Assembly (NCBI GenBank): GCA_050613775.1
Contig: JBODTK010000105.1
Span: 558,001 to 579,703 of the forward strand
From: Neocallimastix sp. 'constans'
Lineage: Eukaryota
Length of the DNA: 21,703 bases
Direction: 5' to 3'
A program made the position numbers and the translations under genes. Every line of letters begins with the position of its first letter. Positions within the stretch are counted from its first letter, which is position 1. Shown in pieces: positions 10,749 to 19,353 of the stretch. The notes under the pieces are model-generated. The model saw only the letters and a list, made by a program, of their open reading frames with translations, made no database searches and was not told where the DNA came from.

Positions 10749-13612
10749 CTATACAGAAGCTGAGTTAAACTTGATTATGTTCTTCAAGTGAACATTGCGG
10801 TTCATTTATATACCCGACTTAGGATCGGCCAATGTTGCTGTGTTGAATTGTTTCTTAATTACTTGGAGTGGTCCAACAAAATATGGTTCTAACTTGGTTC
10901 GAGTAAAATTCCTTACTAAGACTAAATCACCAGGTTTTATTTTTTTGGCCTGATTCATACTATTCTTTTGTTCTCTACGAGTAGCCCAGTATTTATTTGC
11001 ATTTTTGATAATGGCCGCAGCTTCCATAGTCCATAAGTAGTGATTGACAAATTTTTCCAATAGGATTTCATCCGAAGATTTGTTTACACTTTTAGTTGGT
11101 CTAGCAGATATTTCAAAGGGTTGTTGGTCTTCTCGTCCATAAACAAGTTCAAAGCTAGAGTGATTAGTAACCGAATTTTTGGTTGTACGAAGAGCCCATA
11201 AAGCGGATGGTAAGACTTCGTCCCATTCTTTTTGTTTATTTTCTAAAAGTCTAAGTAGTTTTCCAATTTCTATATTTCGGTTTTCTGTAAGACCGTTCGT
11301 TTCTGGATGATAAGTGGTACTGTAAAAGAAAACACAAAAATAGATTACAATAACAAAATACAATAAATTTTATTTTATTAAAAAATTTTTTATTAAAATA
11401 TATTTTATTAATATTTAATAGTTATTTGTTAAAAATAACAATTACATCGAGAAAAAATGTGAAAAGTATCTTCTATTTATACTTTTCCTAAATACATTGA
11501 TAATACATTATTTTATTTAAATTACATATATTTTAATATAAAACTATCCTAATGAATTTTATTAAATAATAAATTTATAAACTATAACTAAATTTAGAAA
11601 AATATAATTATTAATTAAACTAAATACTAAATAATTAAAATTAAGTACATTTATTATCTATTTATTATTTTAATATTATAAGTAAAGTCTTTATTTATTT
11701 TCGATTTAAAAACAATGTTAAAGGAGTCATGATTAAATTTTGAAACTTAATTTTCACAAAATAAATTATTAATTTATTTTGTTTTAAACTTTAATTAATT
11801 CATTTAAATTATTTTACAACAATAATTTTCTCAGAATTAAAATTTATAAAAATTATTACATTAAAAATTTATCTTGTGGCTTAAAGAATATAATTCAAAA
11901 ATTTAGTTCATATGATTTATTTACTTTGTTTATTATTTTATAAATCAAAGAATAATTTACATTTTTGAATTACACAAGAAAAATTTTTAATTTAAAATGT
12001 GATTGGGATAATCACATCTTTACAGGTACTGAACCTCACATACACATCATAAAGATCTAGGAACATTTTTGTCATATCCGAATTGAATTGAACACCATTA
12101 TCAGTTGTAATTATTTGAGGCACACCATGAGGAGAGATTATATTAATTAAAAATCTTATTACCTCTTTTGAAGTTACATTTTCAGTTGGCTCGGCCTCTA
12201 CCCATTTAGTATAATAGTCCACGATTACCAAAATATATTTATTATTGTTTGATGTTTTCTCTAGAGGTCCAATTATATCTAAACCTAAATGTGTGAAAGG
12301 TCCTTCAACTTCTGTAGGAATATCTTCTGTTGGTTCTGGGTATGCTTTGGGTCTATTTAATTGACATTGTTCGCATTTTGAAATAATTCTTTTAATATCG
12401 TTTACCATGTTGTTCCAATAGTAACTTTTTCGTAATCGTTGGTAAGTTTTATTATATCCTTCATGTCCTATGCCATGAGCTTCAAGAATAAGTTTGACCT
12501 TTTTATTAGTATTAGTGATTAATTTCCTATAAGTATTTCCATCTACAAAGTATTCAATTCCATCAATTGTTGTAAATTTTTCTTCCATAAATTCTTTTAC
12601 AACTATAGATAATAAAGATTCATCAACTTTTGAAGAGAGTTTTGTTGCCAATATTTTTTTATCATTTATACTTTTCATTCGAGAAAGAACATCAGCTACA
12701 ACATTCTTTTTGCCAGGTTCATATCGAATTTCTACACCTAAAAGATTTATAGCTAAACACCATCTGGTTTGTCGAGCACTTGTTGGTTCTTTCTTGTTGA
12801 ATAATCCTACTAAGGGTTTATGGTCAGTATAGATTATTGTTTTAATGGGATTTCCCATAATATAAGGTCTAAATTTTGTTAAACAATAAAATAGAGCAGT
12901 TCCTTCTAGATCTGTAATTCCGTAATTTCTTTCATGTTTAGTTAATGTTCTACTTTTATAGTGTACAGGATGCTCTTTTTTGTTTCATCATCTTTTTGTA
13001 ATAGGACACCACCAATGCCATCATACGATGCATCTGTTCGAATAATAATTCTTTCTCGAAACATGGAAATTTTAAAATTGGTGCATTCATTAATTTTTCT
13101 TTAAGTATATTAAAGCTATCATTTTGCTCTTTATTCCATTGGAATTCAACATATTTTCTTAACAATTTGCAGAGAGGAGCAGTGATTCGAGCAAATTTAT
13201 CGATGAAATATCGATAATAACCTATCGCCCCTAGGAAAGACCGTAATTCATGGAAGTTTGAAGGAGGTTTCCAATTTTTAATTGATTCAATCTTGCTATC
13301 AAGAGGGCTCAGACCTTTTGCAGATACTTTGTGACCGAGGACTTCAACTTCTGTTTGCATAAACGAACATTTTTCAATATTGATCTTAAGTTTGTGTTCT
13401 TTGAAAACAGCGAGTACTTTAGCAATATGTTCGAGGTCTTCTTCTAAAGATTTTGAGTATATAAGGATATCGTCAATGAAGTTGAAAACGAAATCACCAA
13501 TGAAAAGGAAGAGAATTTTGTTCATCTCACGTTGAAAAGTTGCTGGAGCGTTAGTAAGTCCGAAAGGCATGACTTTGAATTGATAATTTCCGAATTTTGT
13601 GGTAAAACTGGT
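10749..13612 (-). pseudogene. pol: Ty3/gypsy pol (RT - RNase H - integrase), disrupted and 5'-truncated
   Basis: RT motifs MPFGLTNAPATFQ and FIDD; RNase H TDAS/DLEG/YTDHKPL; integrase HHCC (H-GIGH...CEQC), DDE (LDIIGP, TTDNG, LTEN) and a GPY/F-like tail. The RT-RH-IN order is gypsy. Lesions: frameshift near 13047, solo LTR 11321-12024, premature TAA at 10806-10808; native stop at 10749-10751. Confidence 0.95.
11321..12024. mobile_element. Solo LTR (704 bp) inserted in the integrase, 5-bp TSD GGTAC
   Basis: TGTAAA...TTTACA termini; GGTAC at 11316-11320 and 12025-12029. Removing it restores VRFSTTYHPETNG. Confidence 0.92.
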
Positions 13613-13917
13613 AAAACTTCAGAATCAAGGAATAATTTTAAGTCTGAATACCATTTGTGAAAGTTTTCATTTGAAATTCTAAAGTTTTGAATGTGAAATT
13701 TATTAATTGTGTTGGTTTGAATATTTGGAGGTTCTACTTCGACAAGAGTATCGTTCATTGTTGTACTAAATGTATTTGTAGTCTTTGTTGTCTTTGGAGG
13801 TTCTACTTCGACAAGAGTATCGTTCATTGTTGTACTAAATGTATTTGTAGTTTTTGTTGTCTTTGAAGAAATTTTTGAAGAAATCCCCGTAGCTGTTGAA
13901 TTATCTGATTTAGTCAT
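13613..13917 (-). pseudogene. gag: Probable Ty1/copia gag N-terminus, truncated
   Basis: ATG at 13917, about 120 nt after an LTR. ENFHKWYSDLKLFL resembles the copia gag N(Y/F)xxW motif. It is fused to gypsy RT near 13610. Confidence 0.55.
13724..13865. repeat. 69-bp in-frame tandem duplication (KTTKTTNTFSTTMNDTLVEVEPP x2)
   Basis: Copies start at 13724 and 13793 and differ by one substitution. Confidence 0.95.
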
Positions 13918-14036
13918 TTTAATGTGACTGCCAATATTTCTTTATTTTAATATTTAATGAATGTTTAATATTTAATATATTGGATTTTGATATCAACAAT
14001 TGTTAATGAATTATTGAGTCATTGAGATTCTTAATC

Positions 14037-14088
14037 TGTTAAATATAACACTTAAATTCAGAAATGATATTTATATTTTATTATGTGT

Positions 14089-14131
<43 letters not shown>

Positions 14132-14327
14132 TTGCTTTTACATTTAGAAAGACCTTATTCATTTATGAATATGTTATTACATGTTATTTATATTTATATT
14201 CTAGTCTAGCATTATTGGTAACATTTAACGTTACATTGCATTATATTATCGAATAAAAAAATATTTTACACTTAATAATGTAGAATAATGTACAATGTAA
14301 TTAAACACATAACTGTGATATTTAACA
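14037..14327 (-). mobile_element. Short LTR (291 bp), probable 5' LTR of the copia-like element
   Basis: Perfect 10-bp terminal inverted repeat TGTTAAATAT/ATATTTAACA; sits upstream of the gag-like ORF. Followed on the minus strand by GATTAAGAATCT, which only loosely resembles the copia GGTTATG-type PBS. Confidence 0.6.
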
Positions 14328-14499
14328 ATAATAATTTTATAGAATAAATTATTTTTACTATTAATCTATTCTAATATTTCTAAACTATTCTAAATTATAG
14401 CAATAATCTATAATTTTATTAAGCTATTTTATTTTATTATTTATTTAATTATAATGTAAAATAATTAATACTTATCTTTATTAATTTTTATTAAATAAT

Positions 14500-15126
14500 T
14501 GTAACGGAGGTGCTTCTATTGTAAAGGCGGGATGAGATATAGAAACACAGAAAGGAGAAAACTCAATAGGTTTACACTATCTGTATAAATAATTCGTTTT
14601 ATTAGAAATATTTTTTATTAATTATAAAATTTAAAATAATTATTAATATTAATCAACAAGGTAATATTTCGAATTACTTATACGTTAATTATTATTAATA
14701 AAAGCACGAAGAAAAATATTTTCATTCGTGAAGTTCGCACTATTTATACTTTTAACGGAAAAACAGTTTTAACATGTAAAAATAATTTTAAAGAAATATT
14801 TAGAAATATGTTTGTAATAATTAATAATGTAAAGTTTCTAGAATATAGATTTTAATTGATGAAAATGAATCTTATCAAAAAAGAATAAAATAATTTATAT
14901 AATAAGAATTTCTAAATTCATTTCGGTTGAATTACGAACCGAAAGAATCTTTAACTTTCTATAATTTTATACAGAAAGAATATTCAAGAAGATATTATTA
15001 ATAATTAATAAAATAATTAATAAAATAATTATTTATGCAAAATGGGTTGAGGTGTGAGTCGAACCCATGAAGTATTGGTCATGGTCGATGTAACTAACCA
15101 TTGAACCAAAGTTCTAATTTTACTAA
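14500..15126. mobile_element. LTR-like segment interrupted by the right-hand insertion stack
   Basis: Abrupt compositional shift at TGTAACGG (14500); hairpins at about 14705-14730 and 14921-14944. No partner end was found in the window. Confidence 0.35.
15043..15115 (-). promoter_or_regulatory. Degenerate tRNA-like type-2 Pol III promoter (A box + B box)
   Basis: A-box-like TGGTTCAATGG (15108-15098) and B box GGTTCGACTC (15065-15056). T8-to-G53 spacing is 44 nt versus about 45 in tRNAs. Acceptor, D and anticodon stems do not pair. Confidence 0.65.
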
Positions 15127-15130
15127 CTGA

Positions 15131-15784
15131 TGATACGATACCACTATAAAAATAAGATTTAGGTAAGAAATTTAGGTTAGAAATATTGTATAAATATTAT
15201 TGGTTATAATAATTAAAATAATTTATATATAGTTAATTCAAATAATTATTTTTAAAAGCATGGTTAATTCTTTTGTCATAATTAAAAATAGATAAATTAT
15301 ATTATTAATGATTCTATTATTATGATAATAAATTAATTCATCATTATTATTAATAAGTTTTATTTTATATTTTAAATATTATTTTGAGAATTATATAGTT
15401 TTAGGAATTATATTATAAATATTGATAATTATATTTTATTCAGGAAATATATTTTAAATATTAATAGTTAAATATATTTAATAATGAAATTGTATTTTTA
15501 AATAAAGTTATTAGGAAATTAATAGTTAAAGAGATATGTTTAATAAAAATATAATATTAATTAATTATTTTAACAATTATATAAAATTAAGAGAATGTAA
15601 TAATAAATTATTATGTATGTAAAAATAAAATTATAAAAATAAATAAAGAACAAAATATTATTATAAAACATTATTATTATAAATTATTTTCTTATATTTA
15701 TTAGAATATATTATTGTGTCATAATTCCCTAGAGAAACGACCAAATAAATAAATAACTAGATATGGAATATTTTAAATGTTCTG
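15131..15784 (+). repeat. 5' LTR of E (lacks the terminal TATCA)
   Basis: Matches 18691-19344 at offset 3560. Confidence 0.95.
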
Positions 15785-16396
15785 ATGCATGTCCAGTAAA
15801 AATAATAGAAAATAATAGAAAAATTATTTAGAAAAATTATTAATATAAATATTTATTAAAAATTAATTTTATATAATGAATCTTAAAATATATTATTAAT
15901 ATATTATTAAAGATAATTTATTATTATTAATTATTAAAATATTAAATTAAATAATAATATTAAAAATATTAAAAGAATTGTTGATAATATAGTAAAATTA
16001 GTTATATTAATTATAACGGAGATTGAATGTTTAATTAAATTGATGTTAATATTAAAATAATTTTTAAATAATGTTAAACAATATGAATTAATAGTTATAA
16101 GTAAAAAGTTATGAATATTTATATTTATTAATTAATTTTAGTGTTTCGATAAATAAAATTTATAAAATTAGTAAAAAATATAATTATGAAAATAATTTAT
16201 AAATAAATATTTTCTTTTTTTTTAAGGAATAATAATAAAACATGTATTTTTTTTATGATAAAATATAATAAATAAAATAATAAAAGATAAATAACTAAAA
16301 AGTAAATATAATTATTGTAATATAATATTCTTGGAGTAATTCCCTTTTGCACAAACGCCCAACTAACATATACGGTATTTAATAAAATATCGTATC
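15783..16396 (+). mobile_element. Extra diverged LTR-like unit (E') between the 5' LTR and the PBS
   Basis: Starts TGATGC, ends CGTATC just before TAAAA and the PBS. Shares the subterminal motif TAATTCCCT...AAACG.CCAA.TAA with LTR E (16337 vs 15722). Confidence 0.55.
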
Positions 16397-16401
16397 TAAA
16401 A

Positions 16402-16419
16402 TGGTGGAGAATCCGGGCG
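16402..16419 (+). promoter_or_regulatory. tRNA-Ala primer-binding site (TGGTGGAGAATCCGGGCG)
   Basis: Complement ...GAUUCUCCACCA fits an Ala acceptor stem; identical 18-mer at 21419. Confidence 0.88.
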
Positions 16420-16460
16420 TTTCTCTAGCATGATAATATGAAAATAATAAAAATTTGAAA

Positions 16461-16463
<3 letters not shown>

Positions 16464-16525
<62 letters not shown>
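16464..16525. repeat. (AAT)n microsatellite in the leader of E
   Basis: Directly visible. Confidence 0.95.
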
Positions 16526-16526
<1 letters not shown>

Positions 16527-16724
16527 AAAAAAAAAATATCGTGTAATAAAATAATAGTTTATTTTAACACGTAAAGATAATATTAATAGTTTTTAATGAC
16601 ACGTAATAAAGTAATAGTTTAAAATAGTAAATAATAAAATAATAGTTATTTAAAATGTTATAATATATATTATTTAAAATAACGCGTAATAGAAATAAAT
16701 ATAAACAAAAAAAAAGAAAAAAAT

Positions 16725-16769
<45 letters not shown>

Positions 16770-16775
16770 ACCAAA

Positions 16776-18431
16776 ATGAATGTTCAAGGCTTAATAAAAG
16801 AACTACCATTATTAGTCAATTATGGAAGGGATATTGATGGATGGATTAAGGACTTTGAGGAAGTTATGGAATTATGGGAGATTTACACATTGAGGCAACA
16901 ATACTTTTGGATAATTAAATGTGTAAATCAAGACATAAGTATAGAAATTAAAATATTAAAAGAAAAGTATAAAAGAAATGAATATCCAACATTAAAAGAA
17001 ATACAATATGCCATTGAAAAATATTTAAATATTACTCAAAGTGAAAAATGCTGGACTTTAAAGACCATAAAAGTTCCAAATGATACAAAAATTTCAATTT
17101 TTAATGTAACTTATAGAAGACTATTAAAGAATTTGGAGTGCGACTTTAGAAAATTAGTGACAATTGAAGATTATTTAAATTCAATAAAAGTTAGACGTTT
17201 CCCATATCAACAAGTAATTATAAAAGGATGCAAAACTATAGAAGATGCTATGAAAACTGCTTCTCTCGCTGAAAGAATAGAAAATGAATTAATAGAATCT
17301 AATAAGGAAGAAAGAGAATACTTTAATAACCATAAAATAACTTATAATAAGAGAAACAATAGGACTGACCCTTATAACACATCTTTTAGAGAATATGGAT
17401 TAATAAATGAAAATATTAATAAAAATTTTAGGAAATTTAATTTTAATTATTACAATAATTATAATAATAAATTAAAAACTAATAATTATTATAATAAAAT
17501 AAATAATTTTACGCCTAGACAAAACAAAATGAATTATTATAAAAGAAATTATAATATTGAACAAAATAAAAATTTTAATAATTTTGATTCGGGTTATACT
17601 AATGTTAAATGTGGCAATTCAAATTTTAATTGTAAAGAAAATTATTTAAAATCTATGAATAATTCTAATTGTAATTCTTGCATGAATGTTAATTCAATAA
17701 ATAATTATTATATTAATAAAGAAAATTTGAATTCATATTATTATTATGGTAATATTAATAGTTCTTCAAAAGGTATTTATAAAGAAATAATAAATAGTAA
17801 TTATGATCATAATATTAATAGTAAAGATACTTGCACTATTGAAGAAAATTATAATTTAAATTCCGTGGATGAAAATGTTAATGTTAAGGGCGAATCAGGA
17901 AATAAACACGTAAATAATGATAATGATAGAATTCAAACTAAAATCACAACTTATAATGATAATATGGATAAACAAATTATTGAAGAAAATATAGAAGGTA
18001 ATATGGTAATTAATAAATTGAGTGATACTATTCTCGAAGGTAACGTATATAATCCATCACATAAACTAATTCCAGTAGAAAAGAAAAACGAAAACATATT
18101 ATTATGTAAAGAGGAAAGTAAATTATTAGAAAGTAAACCTATTGATAAATTGAAAATAAATAAAATTAAGATGGAAGGAAATAATTTAAATATTTATAAT
18201 GAAATGATAAATAAAATTAAAATAAATTCTGATAATAAAATAATAATAAAAAAAATACCTACTGTAGAAAATTCCAACCAAAATAATGGTAATAGCAAAA
18301 ATAATTCAAAAAGAAAATTTAAAATTAAATTTAATTATAAAAATACAATTATTAAAAAGTATAATAATAATAGGAAAGATACAAAGTGTATTATCAGGAA
18401 TTACAAATATAAAAGAAAAAGAAAAACATAG
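16776..18431 (+). CDS. gag: Gag-like protein (551 aa) with a long Asn/Lys-rich tail
   Basis: Intact ORF between PBS and PPT. The N-terminal ~170 aa has a capsid-like pattern (DIDGWIKDFEEVMELWEI; ISIFNVTYRRLL); the remainder is low complexity. The call rests on position and motif resemblance. Confidence 0.75.
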   Translation: MNVQGLIKELPLLVNYGRDIDGWIKDFEEVMELWEIYTLRQQYFWIIKCVNQDISIEIKILKEKYKRNEYPTLKEIQYAIEKYLNITQSEKCWTLKTIKVPNDTKISIFNVTYRRLLKNLECDFRKLVTIEDYLNSIKVRRFPYQQVIIKGCKTIEDAMKTASLAERIENELIESNKEEREYFNNHKITYNKRNNRTDPYNTSFREYGLINENINKNFRKFNFNYYNNYNNKLKTNNYYNKINNFTPRQNKMNYYKRNYNIEQNKNFNNFDSGYTNVKCGNSNFNCKENYLKSMNNSNCNSCMNVNSINNYYINKENLNSYYYYGNINSSSKGIYKEIINSNYDHNINSKDTCTIEENYNLNSVDENVNVKGESGNKHVNNDNDRIQTKITTYNDNMDKQIIEENIEGNMVINKLSDTILEGNVYNPSHKLIPVEKKNENILLCKEESKLLESKPIDKLKINKIKMEGNNLNIYNEMINKIKINSDNKIIIKKIPTVENSNQNNGNSKNNSKRKFKIKFNYKNTIIKKYNNNRKDTKCIIRNYKYKRKRKT

Positions 18432-18675
18432 TTTGAATATAATTCAATTAAATTTTCAAAATTCAAAATTCAAAAATTCAAAATTTAAATTATTAAATTT
18501 CAAATTTCAAATTTCAAATTTCAAATTTCTATAAAAAAAAAAAAAAAAAATTTATACATAATATTTTTATGTTTTTACTTTTTTAACAAAATATATATAA
18601 AAATTTAATTATTAAATAATTAAAAAAAAAAATTTTTTTTTTTTTCGCCTGACTTCAAGGGACGAAGTCTTATTT

Positions 18676-18690
18676 AAAGTGGGGGAATCT
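18676..18690 (+). promoter_or_regulatory. Polypurine tract (AAAGTGGGGGAATCT)
   Basis: Abuts the 3' LTR start; preceded by a GACTTC/GAAGTC stem typical in position of gypsy 3' ends. Confidence 0.85.
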
Positions 18691-19349
18691 TGATACGATA
18701 CCACTATAAAAATAAGATTTAGGTAAGAAATTTAGGTTAGAAATATTGTATAAATATTATTGGTTATAATAATTAAAATAATTTATATATAGTTAATTCA
18801 AATAATTATTTTTAAAAGCATGGTTAATTCTTTTGTCATAATTAAAAATAGATAAATTATATTATTAATGATTCTATTATTATGATAATAAATTAATTCA
18901 TCATTATTATTAATAAGTTTTATTTTATATTTTAAATATTATTTTGAGAATTATATAGTTTTAGGAATTATATTATAAATATTGATAATTATATTTTATT
19001 CAGGAAATATATTTTAAATATTAATAGTTAAATATATTTAATAATGAAATTGTATTTTTAAATAAAGTTATTAGGAAATTAATAGTTAAAGAGATATGTT
19101 TAATAAAAATATAATATTAATTAATTATTTTAACAATTATATAAAATTAAGAGAATGTAATAATAAATTATTATGTATGTAAAAATAAAATTATAAAAAT
19201 AAATAAAGAACAAAATATTATTATAAAACATTATTATTATAAATTATTTTCTTATATTTATTAGAATATATTATTGTGTCATAATTCCCTAGAGAAACGA
19301 CCAAATAAATAAATAACTAGATATGGAATATTTTAAATGTTCTGTATCA
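18691..19349 (+). repeat. 3' LTR of E (659 bp)
   Basis: TGATAC...GTATCA; follows the PPT and is followed by the TSD. Confidence 0.95.
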
Positions 19350-19353
19350 CTGA

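Larger units (their letters stand above)
15131..19349 (+). mobile_element. Non-autonomous gag-only LTR retrotransposon (family E), 4-bp TSD CTGA
   Basis: TGATAC...GTATCA ends; LTR copies 15131-15784 and 18691-19344 identical by eye; CTGA at 15127-15130 and 19350-19353; PBS at 16402; PPT at 18676; one ORF and no pol. Confidence 0.92.

Noticed and set aside
10806..12858. Two separate integrase genes, or an intron at 11321-12024
   Set aside because: The gap has TG..CA ends and a 5-bp TSD, so it is an insertion into a single pol frame.
14001..14327. Alternative solo LTR starting at 14001 with ACAAT/ATAAT flanks
   Set aside because: The 14037 boundary gives a perfect 10-bp inverted repeat and fits the downstream gag-like ORF better.
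15043..15115. Functional tRNA gene
   Set aside because: Acceptor, D and anticodon stems do not pair; only the promoter boxes and an imperfect T arm remain.
16564..16809. 81-aa minus-strand ORF (likewise 18286-18534 and 5931-6113)
   Set aside because: Low-complexity shadows of poly-A tracts, short repeats or overlapping retroelement sequence.
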